From assembly GCA_964016885.1 (NCBI GenBank), contig OZ024744.1, positions 34,720,001 to 34,784,000 of the forward strand: a stretch of 64,000 bases of DNA, in the 5' to 3' direction. This DNA is from Eledone cirrhosa (Eukaryota). The notes beneath the pieces were generated by a model that was not told where the DNA came from, made no database searches, and worked only from the letters and a program-made list of their open reading frames with translations. This document shows positions 1 through 13,338 of this stretch, in pieces (the stretch's first letter is position 1; each line of letters starts with the position of its first letter). A program made the position numbers and the translations under genes.

Positions 1-2760
1 TATACTGTCACACATAGAGCTTCCCAAAATCTCGACATCACTGATGTGGTCTCTCCAGTGAACGCTATGGATCCGTCTGAGACACATCCAATTGCTTAAG
101 GTGGTGTCGATATGTGACCCAGGTCTCGCAGGCATAAAGAAGACAAGAGAGCACACATGCCTGTACACCTTTACCTTTGTCCTCCTACATATGTCTCGCC
201 GACGCCAGAGTCGCCTTTCTAGCTTTCCGAAAGCATCACTAAGTGAGATTTCACTGTCATGGTTGCTGTATCGATTGACAGTGCTTCCCAGGTAGACAAA
301 CTGATCAACCACTCCAAGTCGTTTGCCATACACATAGATGTTTGGTTCAGTGTACTGCTTACTAGGGGGCAGGTTGGTACATGACGACGGTTTTCTTGAG
401 ACTGACAGTCAATCCTAGGGCAGTGCAAGCGTCAGAAAATGCATTGAAAATGTGCTGCATATCACTCTCTGTGTGCGCTACAAGATCGCAATCATCTGCA
501 TACAAGAGGTCTCTTATGATTGATGTAAATACTTTTGTCTTCGCAGCAAAGCGCCTGATGTTAAATATGCTGCCTGAGGTTCGATATCGGGTGTAAACAC
601 CATGCTCGCAATTCCCGAATGCAATACAGAAAACCATTGCAAAGTATATGGCAAACAGGGTCGGTGCTGGAATTTCCCCCTGTTTCACTCCATTTATTAC
701 TGAGATAGGCTCCGACATGTTACCTCCGACATTAACCCAAGCCTTCATGTCGTCATGGAAAGACCTAACTAAAGCAAGAAACTTATCAGGGCAACCAAGT
801 TTCTGGGGAACCTTCCATAATGCATCTCTGTTAACAGTATCGAAAGCTTTTGTCAGATCGACAAAAACCTGATACAGATCCAAGCCTTGTTCCATGCACT
901 TCTCCTGGAGCTGTCCAGCTGAGAAGATCATATCAGTAGTGCCGCGTCCAGCACGAAAACCAGATTGACTTTCAGGAAGAAAACAATCTGCAATGTGTGT
1001 CAGCAGACGGTCCAGAAGCACCTTACATAAACATTTCCCTACGACAGAAAGCAATGATATACCTCTGTAGTTCCCACAATCATTCCTGTTACCCTTTCCC
1101 TTGTACAAGACCACCATTACTGCATCTCTCCAGTCCTCAGGTACGGATTCATTAGCTCATATCCTGCCAAACAAAGAGTGAAGATGTTGCAGGAGTCTCT
1201 CACCACCATATTGTAGGAGCTCAGCATGTATGCCACCCATACCTGGAGACCTTCCACTGTTCAGCTTCGAGATAGCCACTGCAACCTCTACAAGCGTCGG
1301 AGGTTTCTGCGAGAGCTACTTTCACAGGACTTTCTGGAATGAGATTAAGGAAATCTTCACTGACGACAGACAGCTGATTCAAAAGATCATGAAAGTGCTC
1401 TCGCCACCTTCGTAGAATTCCTTGTGAGTCACGAAGAAGTTCTTTGCCATCCTTGCTGCGAAGCGGTGTCACCAAAGAAGAAGACGGTCCATAAACCTCA
1501 CGCAAGAGACTGTACAACAGCTTTGTGTTATTGGAATCTGACGCAGTTTGTATCTCACCAGCCTTCTCACTCCACCACTGATCCTTCATCTGAGAAAGAC
1601 TCCGCCTAACACGTGATTTTACATCCCTGAGTTCCTCATGCAACGTATTCCTCTCCTGTGGTTTTGCCGTCAAGTAGCGTGACAGAGCACGCCTCTTATC
1701 AGCCAAAAAGTCTTCTATATGTACATCATTCTCATTAAACCAGTCCTGATGTTTTCTCTGCACCAATCCCAGAACACGCCTGCCTACATCATAAACCGAC
1801 TTTTTAAGGGTCGGCCAATCCTCACCAAGATCTGCAGCCTGCATCTCTTCTTCCAATGTCCTCTTCACATTTTTATCCTTAAGACGAGCAGCATTCAATC
1901 TTTTGAGCCCTGATTTTACGTTTAGTGATTAGTTTCACTTTTGCGCGTACCAGGCGGTGGTCCGTCCAGCACTCAGCTCCACGAAGAGCACGAACACACT
2001 GCACATCCTGTCTGTCACGCATCCTGACTAGGACGTAGTCCAAAAGATGCCATTCCTTAGATGCAGGATGCATCCATGTGGTCTTGAATTTGTTCTTTTG
2101 TTGGAACATGGTGTTGATAACACACAGATCCAGCTCCTCATACATCTGCAGCAGGAGCATACCATTGTTGTTACACTTACCCACCCCATGCCTTCCGATT
2201 ACATTCCATGTGTTAAAATCCCTACCCACTCTAGAATTAAAGTCACCAAGCACGATGACTTTGTCTGCCTGAGGGATATTTCTTAAAACACCTTTCAAGG
2301 CATGGTAAAAGGACAGTTTTTCTTCATCGACTGAATTCATAGTTGGAGTATACACACTCACCAGGGTAGCATATCTTCCTTTGTCCAGCGGAACTCTCAT
2401 GGACATAAGACGCTCACTAATCCCTACTGGGAATTCTTCTAATTTATTCACAAGTACAGTCTTAACAGCAAATCCTACCCCAGCCTCTCTTCTGGTTCCT
2501 TCATCTCTTCCTTTACAGAAGAATGTATATTCTCCACAAAATTCTATAAGATGACCATCTCCAGCTAACCTCGTCTCAGATAAAGCCACGATGTCAAGAT
2601 CGTAACGTCGAAGCTCCTTTGCAACAAGAGCGGTCCTTCGTTCAGGACGCTCCAAGGAATCCCTGTCAAGCAGCGTCCGTACGTTCCAGCCGCCAAGACT
2701 AAATGCCTTGTTTGGCTCTATTACAATGGCACGATGACGAGCGGGTCCAGGCTGTGATAA
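1..2760 (-). mobile_element. Decayed RTE-BovB-type LINE (APE endonuclease + reverse transcriptase), runs off the left edge
   Basis: ORF 1879-2850 has APE motifs (WNVRTL, ALSETR, LGDFNSRVG, WHLLDYV, TDHRLV). ORF 362-1117 has RT motifs (NYRGISLL, QSGFR, FVDLTKAFD, GVKQG, LLYADD). Pieces are separated by stops/frameshifts. Confidence 0.93.
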
Positions 2761-2888
2761 CCTGGGGCCCCTGGCCTTATTGCCAATTATCTTTTTTGTT
2801 CCAGAACCTAAATTGCCAAATATCTCTTTTATATTTTTCTGGAACATCATTGAATTGGAAAAAAAAAAGAAAAAAAAGAGTAATAATA

Positions 2889-2933
<45 letters not shown>

Positions 2934-2954
2934 GTACACTATTAATAATTATTA

Positions 2955-3235
2955 ATGCACTCGTGCAATGCCTGTGCGTGACGAATATTTTTAAAGTGAG
3001 GAAAGACTGTGCACTGAGCCAATCCCACTCTCTGAGCGACAGTAGCTATAACCCGAAAAGAAGAAAAGATCAACATCATCGGTAACTACTGAGCCGCAAG
3101 TTTTATGTCGGAGTTAACCCAGTTTCCTGAGATGCCTTCTCCTAGAAGAATGCCCTGACAAGGGCTAGGGGTTCTTCACTCCCAGTGGTTTAACTGTGCG
3201 ATCGGGCATCCAGCCCGATTATTTCTATGTCCCCG
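2955..3235 (-). mobile_element. Fragment of non-autonomous RTE-leader family, followed by (TAT)n 2880-2935
   Basis: Nearly identical to 30905-31180 (aaagactgtgcactgagc...gatcaacatcat...ctagaagaatgccctg). Confidence 0.7.
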
Positions 3236-3439
3236 CGCACAAAAAAAAAAAAAATCACTTATTGACACTTATACGTACGACATACACACACGCGCATACA
3301 TATGCGCGCACACACACGCATACATACGCGTGCACACAGCAACACTCATACATACAAACAAACACACACACGCTACTCACTTACACATACATACATACAT
3401 ACATACATACATACATACATACATACATACATACATACA

Positions 3440-3470
<31 letters not shown>

Positions 3471-3472
<2 letters not shown>

Positions 3473-3853
3473 GAGGACTGCAAACTCTGCTAAGAGTATT
3501 GCAATCGCTTGTCAGATTATAGAGTTTGGTGCACTTTTAGGCTATGGCCAGCCACACGAACCTGTAACAGACCCTGAACAAGCAAAGCCTGTGCTTTGAA
3601 GGTTTAAGTGGCGAAAGGCCTTGCACTCGACCAACCCACTCCAAGAGCATCGAAAACACTACCCGAAAAGGAGAACTGGTCAACATCATCGGATGTTTCT
3701 GAAGTCCCAGGGTTTTTTTTTCAGAGCCTCCCTCGCCTAGAAAGGTATTGTGACAACAATTGGGAGTCTTTCATTCCCAATTGAGAGAAAAAAGAAAACT
3801 ACTATTTGGATGGCATGAGACAGGTTACATGTTACCAGTGGCACTCGAGAGTG
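3471..3853 (-). mobile_element. Non-autonomous RTE-derived element (internally deleted) in (ATGT)n
   Basis: Reverse complement of 12790-13330. Ends gcagtcctcat(atgt)n. Confidence 0.75.
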
Positions 3854-3937
3854 ATACATACATACATACATACATACATACATACATACATACATACATA
3901 CATACATACATACATACATACATACATACATACATAC

Positions 3938-4539
3938 AAGTGGCTGCCAACTCGTTTTCGAGTACGGCCACTACTTTATATCCATGTAGGAGAACCCCTA
4001 CCGATGCGCTGAACGAGTGTGACTTTTTAGTCCAGCCAGCGACTTGAAAACTCTGGTACAAACACTACACTTGTGACAATTATTGACACATAGTGCTGGG
4101 CCCATGGTACCATGTGATAACAAGTGCAGAGAGATCTCCAGATATAAAACAATACCTGTGCCGTGAAGCTTTTATAGTGAGCAAAGGCACTGCACAAAGC
4201 CAGTCCCACTCTCTTAACCAAAATGATATTTACCAAAAAGAAGTCAACATCATTGGATACCATCAGGGTTGCAGGTATTATATCAGAGTTTTCCTTCTCC
4301 TAGAATTCTGCTTTGACAAAGGCTAAGGGGTCATCTCTCCCGGTGATTTTGGATGGCCATTGACTCTTAAGAGCTCCTTTGCCCTTTGACTGGTTTTGTT
4401 TTTAGTCCTGCAGGATGTCCAAAGTCACCCTCCTCACCAAGAAACCTTGGTGGGGTTGCCAGTTTAGTCGCCAACGACCCGACCATGGGACAGGTTGTAC
4501 TGGCATACATGTTACCAGTAGCACCAACTGGTGATCTGA
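3938..4539 (-). mobile_element. Non-autonomous RTE-derived element (~600 bp) in (ATGT)n
   Basis: Near-identical copies at 42001-42598 and 48796-49200. Minus strand carries ctaggagaaggaaaactctga, a motif typical of RTE-BovB 5' UTRs, and ends gcagccac+(atgt)n. Confidence 0.8.
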
Positions 4540-5087
4540 CATACATGCATGCATACATACATACATACATACATACATACATACATACATACATACATAC
4601 ATACATGCATGCATGCATGCATGCATACATACATACATACATACATACATACATACATACATACATACATACATACATACATACATACATACATACAACG
4701 TGTAAATTCATATAACTTAATGAATTACTATCTGTTCAACGGCTGAATAACCCAAATATGGTTATAAATACGGAAATTTTGATTGATTAGATATTGCATG
4801 GACCGTTGAAAGATATTGTAAAATAACATAACTACATAGACTAAAATTTCTCCTGAAGTTCAAGCTGCCTTAATGAAACAAGATTCTTGCTGTAAACATT
4901 TTAGTTTTATCCGTGATTTGCTACTGTGTTAGGATCCCCTAGTGAATTAAGACTAAGATTGATGAGATGAACTGTACTACAAGAAAATGGTGACCATGCA
5001 TAAGGCATTTCTTCCATAGGCACTTGTAAATTAGCTGTACATAAAAACCAGTTGGAAGACGAGGGCTGATAAGGGTTAAAGAATGTA

Positions 5088-5290
5088 CGAGAGTCAACTG
5101 AAGAATTCATAGTTTGAAAAGTTCATAGGCTGACCAAGATACTCTCATGGAATGGCCAAATGAGGTTTATTTTCAACATAGTACCAGGAATAAAACAATG
5201 CAGTTATTAATTAGAAGAGTTGAAATTAATGCATGCAAGATTTCACAGCTCTAGCATCACTCTTTCAGTCATGAATTTTTTGGGGCGACT
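5088..5290. mobile_element. Degenerate mariner-like MITE
   Basis: Homologous to 11975-12172 (ctgaccaagatactctcatggaat...gcaagatttcacagctctagcatcactc). Confidence 0.6.
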
Positions 5291-5429
5291 AAAGAACTAC
5301 TGATCTCAGACCAAGATCAGCTTTCGAGTATTAAGTCGGTGACTAAAAGGATTTATCATATTGGTGAAAGTGTGAAGTACTGTCTGTGTGGAATTAATAT
5401 ACAAAGTATCACCTACAAATTGAGCGCAT

Positions 5430-5710
5430 ACAGGATGCTAGCTCAATAAAAGTGTAAAAAACAGGATATGCCAAGGTCACTGGTCAATGTGCCAAACCAT
5501 GGATACCAGGTGTCCGATAAGTGATACCATTATTCCCTAAACACTGTCCAAGATACTCAAGAATTTCACTATCCAGCTGGACCGCAGACTTGAGCACAAC
5601 AAACCGGATATTGTAAACATACTTAGAATTAGGCGTGAATGTCTGATTATTAATGTTAACGTCCCAGGAGACCACAACATAGCCACGAAAGAAATTGCAA
5701 AAATAACTTC
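5430..5710 (+). mobile_element. Fragment of restriction-like-endonuclease (R4/NeSL-type) non-LTR element
   Basis: Translates to HNKPDIV...CLIINVNVPGDHNIATKEIAK, a PD-(D/E)xK RLE remnant. Confidence 0.6.
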
Positions 5711-7069
5711 TACTTTTAAGAATAAACTTAATCTGCTACCTAGTTTAACAACACCTTTAGATATGTTTATCAAAGTTCACTGTTATAAGCATTCAAACTA
5801 GCTCTTCGATTTGAAAATAACTTTCTTATTTCCTTCAACTAGTCTCAGAAGTGGTGAAGAAACGAGTTGGATCAGATCATGTTTGCTGCCCTTCCACCTC
5901 TGACTTAAACAATAAAACAAATTTGGCAATTAGTATCCATATAAACCACGTCCTGTCTTAGAAAATCACAATGTGAAAAGAAACTGTGACTTTAGCACAC
6001 TAACAGACTAGGTAGCTCAGAGCAGCTTGATATTATTTTCCATGTGAAAGATGACAATACTATACTAATTAGTAACACAAAGATACTGTCTATAATATAG
6101 TGTAGATGTGTGCTGTAAAGCTAACGAATTACTTCTACTTGTCAATTGAATTAATTAAAATGATTATGGCTTTTCAGGAAACTGTCTGCCATACCATTTG
6201 TAATTAGTACAATCGGAGTGATACATAAAAGAAAAAAAAAAGGAGTCGATCATCAGATCCGACGTCAGATACTACGTTCCCATTATTCTATCCATTGTTA
6301 ATACTATCTGCTTGTCACAATTCCTGACAGGAAGAGACGGGATTTGAACTCAGAGCTCACATTAGGTACCCCAAAGCATCACGTCTGACTAGCAACTCCC
6401 TCAATCCGTCCACTGTTCAATATCCCCTGGACAAGTACTTTATTTATTGATCCCAAAAGGATGACAGATAAAGTTAGCCTTAGCGGCATTTGAACTCAGA
6501 GCACAGTGAGCCAAAACAAATGCCAATTATTGTAATCCAGCGCTTTAATACCAATTGGTAACCCCTTTTGTAAATACACTAACAGACTACCTATAACAGC
6601 GATTTAGCAGAAGCACGAGAGCATCAAAGGAAATCCCTTGTGATCTGATATTTATTTCGGCTCTTTGAGTTCTCAGTTCAAATCCTGCTGAGGTTAATTT
6701 TGCTTTTCATCATTTCGATAAATGAAGCATTAGTTTAGAGTGATGGATTGGCGGAATAACTAGCATGTCAGGCGACAAATCTTGTAGTGTTTGTTCCTGT
6801 TCTTTGCTCTTTAAGTTAAAACCATAACGTCACCTCTTTCAGATGTAGACTTAATCCATCCCCCCGTTTAACACTACATCTAATAATTCACTACATTTAG
6901 GCGATTCCACTCTGTTACAGGCGGTTAGGTCAGGTCTCCGTCTCTTTCTCCCTCGAGCCTCAAAGTCTCTGTAAAAAATAATGCATACTGTCCTATTTCC
7001 TGACTAAGCGATATAAAAATAAACGACATAGTCCCGTTACAGAAAATAACTTTGTTAGGAACTGTAAAT

Positions 7070-7257
7070 ATTTGTTTCTACTTTAGGCACAAGGCCAGCA
7101 ATTACCCAGTTCATTACTGGTACTTTATTTTATCGACCCCGTAAGGATGAAAGGCAAAGTCAACCTCGGCGGGATTTGAACTCAGATCGTAAAGGGACGT
7201 AACTATGCTGGAAAGCATGGCGTCCGACCCTCTACCGATACTGCCAATCCACCGCCA
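7070..7257 (-). mobile_element. tRNA-derived SINE (abundant family). Diverged relatives at ~6430-6550, 6600-6720, 7300-7400
   Basis: Essentially the reverse complement of 58095-58283: Pol III A/B-box-like head, ttgcctttcatccttacggggtcgataaaataaagtaccag core, agtagaaacaa tail. Confidence 0.85.
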
Positions 7258-7494
7258 GGAACTGTAAATATTGGTATGAAAGGCAAAGTATGAAATATTG
7301 ATGAAAGGCAAAGTTAACCTCGACGGGATTTGAATTCCTAAACTAAAAGGGCGTAATTATATGCGCAAAGCATCTTGGCCGACGCTCTACCGAAAAGTCA
7401 AATTCACTGTATTTTAATTCGTTATAAATAATTAAAATACCACCACCGAAGACTACCCCTTTAGTCTTTGGATTCTTGTATGTCATATTACTGG

Positions 7495-7574
<80 letters not shown>

Positions 7575-7580
<6 letters not shown>

Positions 7581-9259
7581 ATATTAAATAAATGGAAACT
7601 ATATTTATAAAACCATATTTATTCTATTATATATATTTCAAGGGTATCAAAACTTTGGTACGCTTTCATCAGATAAAATACAAAGTTTGTTTTATAAATT
7701 TTGACATAACCAAGAAAAAATACCTTAACGGTTCAAGTTATCTTTGGACAGTGAAGGGATAAGAGAAGAAAAGTCAGATATTTCAAATGATTAAGATGAG
7801 TATGCAAATGAGGTTGAGGTATAGGGCTGAAAAAACGTTATTTATACGCTATGCAGAATTTAAATAATTAGGATATATGTATGTATGAGTAGGAAGAAAA
7901 GCTTATATTTACGTTAATTTAAAAGGAATTAACACTTTGGGGGAATGGTGGAATATGATTCAAGAATTTAAATTTATTTAGCTATATTATGAGTTATAAT
8001 ATTGTATATATAATCAATTAGATTATATGAAGAATTATGGTTGTAAGTATATTTTATCTTATTACATTACAATAGGTTATATGTATATAAATATCTATAT
8101 AGATTAATAATTGTACATGCATTAGTATTATATAAATAGAAATAATTTACAATTATTAGTTGTTTACATTTCTCATATGATTTACGAAGGAAGTTGATTT
8201 TGCATTTTACATAAAAAACAGGTGGTTCAAGTTGTTACAGGAGAACAATTTGTAGATTCGAATATTTTGTTCCAATATTGAAAATGTTTTCAGAATATTG
8301 TTAATTTAGGAAAGTTATATAGTTTATCGTACATATTATGTTTATGTTTGCACGATTGAAAAGGGAAAGATAACTCCAATCTTGTTTGTTAACCGTTAAA
8401 TTTGATGAGTGATTTACTCAGAAAATATATAGAGAAAATTATATATTATTTTGTGTGAGATTAATTATTTTAGTCGAAAGATGTGTAAAAGTTTGAAGAT
8501 CAAAAGGAGAGGAAAAAGGTAATGTGCATTTCGAAGAACTATCGTAAAGAGGATAAATTTTCAGAATGTCAATTAAAGATTATCAATCTACATGTAAAAA
8601 AATGTATTTAGTGGGGTATCATTAGGAAAATAATGTCAGAAGTAAAAAATATTTTAAAATATATATTTAAAAAATTGAAAAATTAAAAAATTAATGTCAA
8701 AAGGTAAAAATAGTAGAAATATTAAAAAATTACGAATGAAGATCATTTTTAAAAATTACATTTAAATTTTTAAAGAAAATAGGATCATTTTGGAGGTGTA
8801 TAAGATATAGTCAAGTGTAATGAATATCATAATTTAAAAATACTTCTGAAAGTGGAATTTTGGCGATGTCTGCAAGAAGAAAATAATTTTGGTTTAAGAT
8901 TTTTGACAGTTAATTATATTAAAAATTTCCTCGATACACAAGTTACAGAATCTTGAGAAAGTCATATTTTGGTATGCAGGTGCTTTCGAAATCGTTCCCC
9001 AAGATATTGAATAGTCTATATTGTTGTCTTTTAAGTTCCAAATTAAATGTGAAAGTGAAGTGGAAGAATTTTTATCGGATCTCCTAAATGTGTGTTTATG
9101 GTTATACCAGCGTTCTTTGAATTTTGTAGAAGTGGCACCGCTATAGTTAAATACTTTGTCTCTAGTTTTAACTGTGCATTTATAAATTACGTTTTTGTCT
9201 AAGCAATTATTTTGTAAAGAGCAGTTTGATTTAATTCTACAGTTACATTTTCTCTGTTT

Positions 9260-9265
<6 letters not shown>
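7575..9265 (-). mobile_element. Penelope-like element 3' remnant (GIY-YIG + AT-rich 3' region) between two (TA)n tracts
   Basis: CNCRIKSNCSLQNNCLDKNVIYKC...YSGATSTKFKERWYNH...CNLCIEE is a degenerate GIY-YIG domain. (TA)n at 7497-7574 and 9265-9311. Confidence 0.8.
7623..7677 (-). ncRNA. Minimal type I hammerhead ribozyme motif
   Basis: Minus strand UUUAU-CUGAUGA-aagcguaccaaa..uuugauacccuu-GAAA-UAUAUA-UA-AUAGA. Stems I and II pair. Lies 3' of a PLE endonuclease remnant. Confidence 0.7.
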
Positions 9266-9315
<50 letters not shown>

Positions 9316-9500
9316 TGAAGGTGCGTGGCTGAGTGATTAGAGAACTGGATTCGCAATCGGGAGGTTGTGAGTTAGATTCCTGGACCGGGCAAGACACTTT
9401 ATTTCATGTTGTTCCTTCTACCTGGAGTTGCGACTGATAGATAGTATTAGCAATTGGAAACATTGTTTCATTGGTCCGATTTGACGAAATTCGATCAACC
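9316..9500 (+). mobile_element. tRNA-derived SINE, second family (relatives 12190-12430, 16280-16590, 59440-59605)
   Basis: gaaggtgcgtggctgagtgattagag...gagttagattcc head. actttatttcatgttgttcc is shared with 16373-16393. Confidence 0.6.
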
Positions 9501-9501
9501 G

Positions 9502-9541
<40 letters not shown>

Positions 9542-9611
9542 CATAATACGCAAAATACATACATATATATATATATATATGTATATATATGTGTATGTGT
9601 GTGTGTTATGA

Positions 9612-9861
9612 CTAAGGCGGTATTTTGGAATATTATCTCATTTTATTAATCACGTCATTGCTGTTATACACATTTTATGGCCCCATTTATGTAATTAATA
9701 CGACCTCGTCAGACAGTTATTAAGCAATTGTTTATACTGTGATATGTTTCTAGCGGGTATTTATGATATTAAGCCCGGAAAACAATTGATGCCATTGAAA
9801 TGCGTATAACACCAATGATGCAATTGATAAAATGATATAAGATTCCAGGATACTGCCTTAT
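9612..9861. mobile_element. Degenerate MITE with ~70 bp imperfect terminal inverted repeats
   Basis: taaggcggtattttggaatattatctcattttattaatc... mirrored by ...attgataaaatgatataagattccaggatactgcctta. Confidence 0.6.
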
Positions 9862-10879
9862 TCTTCATTTTTATTCAAAAGCTTCGTCGTACAATCTGGA
9901 AACTATACTGCGTTGAGTGATAAAACCTGCACACACAAGTATTAGTTGATCGACACGTACAATCGGGAAACGTTTACCGTAATAAGTATCCAAAGCTTGA
10001 TAGATCACTCAGTTCGGAGAACAAGTGTGGTATACAGTTATTTATAACATTAACAGATCCGGCTTACCGGAGACACATGTTTCATTGATTTTGTCAATTT
10101 CTCAGATAGCTACTTTAGGGGGTTTAGTAGAGAAAGAGACAGAAAGTTAATTTAAACAAAAGTTGTTTTGAAAAATATATGGAAGTCTAAATACAATGAA
10201 AAACGCATAGTAAGGGGGTATATGAGTATGGAGGGAAGGAAGCTATCTTGTGTGGGTTTCTGGATATTATGATAGAGTTGTTTTTTTTTATATTAAAACG
10301 TTTTTAAAAGAGGACTCCTAAAAAGAGATAAGTGATGTTAAGTGGCTTTATACGACTGATCTAGAAATCTGGTTGGATTAGCAGAATCGTTAGAGAGGAG
10401 TATCATATAAAATATCCTGCACCATTTAGATACATCACTTACGTTGTTATTGTTGTTGTTATTGTTGTTGTCGTTGTTGTTACTGTTGTTGTTGTTGTTG
10501 TTCTTCTTCTTCTTCTTCTTCTTCTTCTTCTTCTTCTTCTTCTTCTTCTTCTTCTTCTTCTTCTTCTGCGCCCACTTATTCTTAGTTCGGTGGGGGGGGG
10601 GGGGGTTCTAACAATTGATCAGGCTGGATCTCCAAGCGTGACCACCCGAGCTCATGGATGTTACTCACTGTAGATACTATTTGAAACACTGTTTCAGTAT
10701 TTTTTGAAAATAGCGAACAGATTAATAACAGTTATTAGGAAGCTGATCCCTGTATTGACCTCCAAACGAAAAGCATTAATCTTTATTTGACAAATTTCAA
10801 TTGGACTATATATTGTTGCCATTTAAAAAAGAAAGAAAACGAAAAGAAAAGTGAAAGTAACAGAAAAAATTGCAGAATC

Positions 10880-11240
10880 TACACGCTAATCTAGGCGGTG
10901 TACTTCAGCTACGTGAAAGCATTGACACGGAGAACTGCCAGCAGTACCGGCTACATCAGCCTCAGCAACTCCACCTCACGAAACTCTTTCCTCAAGTGGA
11001 AAATGGCAGTTCGGAGTCCGAGATCTTGAAAGAGACCGATACGAAAATGAAGCGGTCAGTCAAGTCCCAATATTCGACCACATTCCTCCTCTCCTTCGCA
11101 TCACAAGCAGCAGTGCCCTGGTTTGTGGCCGAAGTGACAAGGTTGGGGGCGGAGAATGTATCGAAGCTCGTGGCATCACATATTAGAGATTTACCTCCTT
11201 TGGACGGGATGATGGTTTTCACGTCTGGATACTTACCGTG
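10880..11240 (-). mobile_element. CRE-clade non-LTR 3' (RLE) fragment
   Basis: YPDVKTIIPSKGGKSLICDATSFDTFSAPNL...AKERR...FIFVSV resembles the RPDGxTxxPWxxGxxLxWDAT RLE signature. Confidence 0.65.
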
Positions 11241-11299
11241 AAGCTTCAGTTGAAACACAGCGTGTCAATAAAAGGCACATAAAAGTTTACATTTATAGG

Positions 11300-11312
11300 T
11301 CTTCTTCTTCTT

Positions 11313-11343
<31 letters not shown>

Positions 11344-11605
11344 GTACACTTATTCCTGAGAGGGGCGTGGAGGGCAGAGTCCTCAAAAAATACCCCCAGC
11401 GGGTCCTGTCAGAAGCAACAGTCGCCAACTGATCTGGCTGGATTCCCAAGCGGGACCAGCGAAACTTATTGATATTATCCAACAATCTTGCTCAGGGTCT
11501 ATCTCTGGGTCTCCTGCCGGCTGGTTTTGCTCCTAAAATCTCTCCAGTGATTCTTTCCTGAGACATTCTAACCACATGCCCGTTGTATCGAAGCTGCGAT
11601 CGCTT
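11300..11605 (-). mobile_element. RTE LINE 3' fragment with (AAG)n tail. Relatives at ~10500-10670 and 40030-40550 (+)
   Basis: RSQLRYNGHVVRMSQER...AGRRPRDRP is the typical RTE C-terminus. Confidence 0.75.
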
Positions 11606-11974
11606 TTTACAATTAACAGTTGTAACAGATTTCTTTGGTAAAATATGATAACATTTAATGTTTAAAATCTGTAGAGGTTTTATTGTCGACATTCTTATAA
11701 TTTTTTTTTTTTATATATTTCAGGTGGCACTTAAACTTCATTAAGTGGAAAGTTTTATAAATTTATTTTACAAACTGTTGGATAAAAAGCAAATTTTTTA
11801 TACGAACGCTGAAATTTCGAAGGTAATATTTTTTTTGTTTTTTGCTTTTTGCTTTTTGTTTTCTTTAGTTTTTTTTCCGTTAGTTTTAGTTTGGGAGGTC
11901 TTCGGTCTTGGTGCGACACCGTCATCAAAGGATTTAGCTGGTTAAATTAATTCCAGTATTTTATCTAGTACTTA

Positions 11975-12172
11975 CAAGGGTCGGCTGAAAAGCTCACAGT
12001 CTGACCAAGATACTCTCATGGAATTACCAAATGAGATTTAATTTTCAACAAAGTCCCTGGAAAGAAACAATGCAGTTATTAATAAGAAGGGTTGAAATTA
12101 ATGCATGCAAGATTTCACAGCTCTAGCATCACTCCTCCAGAGTTAGCATATGAACTTTTCATCCGACGCTCA
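11975..12172. mobile_element. Mariner-like MITE with TA target duplication
   Basis: TA-caagggtcggctgaaaagctca ... tgaacttttcatccgacgctca-TA. Confidence 0.75.
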
Positions 12173-12789
12173 TATTTTGTCAACTGTGAACGTAACGTGA
12201 CCGAATGGTTAGGAGCTTCGCTTTACAATCATTGGGTTCCGGTTTCGTTCTCACTGCGTGCAACCTTGGACAAGTGTCGACTTGTACTTTATTAGGTAGA
12301 AGGAAACTGTTTGGAAGCCCAACAAATGGATCTCCTTAAGTAATTACGTTTGGGTACACGTATCTATGAAATGCTCAGCCACTTATACATTAGTTCCATA
12401 AGCAGACTGTTCTATTGATCGAATAACTTCCGTTGCAGTTTGGGGATTGGAGGGGCTAATTTATCTTTTGCATTTTAAAAGTACATGGTCATTATTGACC
12501 GAAGGGGGTTCTTCTCTCTCTCTCTCATGTATATCGTTCAGGTTTCTTCTACTTTTGGTGTGTTATTTTCTTTCTTCTTTGAAGCAGTAAATAACCGGCA
12601 GTTGATAGAATTAAGCTTTATCGTAGGTATCTAGTATGTATGGTAGATAAAAACAGTTATTAGCAGCTTCTATAAAAAGATCGGATAGAGAGAAAAGTAG
12701 ATAAATAGGCAGTAAATGGAATTGAAGATATATATAGATAGATTGTTATAACGCATACATACACACGCACACATATGTATGTATTTTAT

Positions 12790-13338
12790 GTGAGGTCGCT
12801 CTCGAGTGTTACTGGTAACATGTAACCCAGTACAACACGTTACCAAGGTCGGGCCGTCGGCGACTAAACTGGCAACCCCAAGCTAGCTTGGTGAGGGGGG
12901 TGATATTTGGACACCATGCGGGATGAAATACAAGACCCGGCAAAGGGCGAAGGAACTCAGCAATGTCAACGGTCATCTAAATAATAGTTCTCTTTTTTCT
13001 CTCGCCTGGGAGTAAAAGCCCCCTCCCCCTATTGTTGTCACAACACCTTTCTAGGAGAGGGAATCTCTGGAAAAAAAACCTGCGGCTTCGGAAGCATCCG
13101 ATGATGTTGACCAGTTCTCCTTTTCAGGTGGTGTTTTCGATGCTTGGAGAGTGGGATTAGTCGAGTGCAAGGCCTTTCCCCACTTTAAAAAAACTTCAAA
13201 ACACAGGCATTGCTTGTTCAGGATATGTTACAGGTTCGTGTGGCTGGCCGTAGCCTAAAACTGCACCAAACTCTATAATCTGACAAGCGATTGCAATATT
13301 CTTAGCAGAGTTTGCAGTCATCATGTATGTATGTATGT
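12790..13338 (+). mobile_element. Non-autonomous RTE-derived element with (ATGT)n tail
   Basis: Same leader as other copies (tactggtaacatgtaacccagtacaac...ggcgactaaactggcaacccc), ctaggagagggaatctctg motif, tail gcagtcatc(atgt)n. Confidence 0.8.

Larger units (their letters stand above)
3383..4696. repeat. (CATA)n microsatellite split into three tracts by two insertions
   Basis: Tracts at ~3383-3470, 3854-3937 and 4540-4696. Confidence 0.95.
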
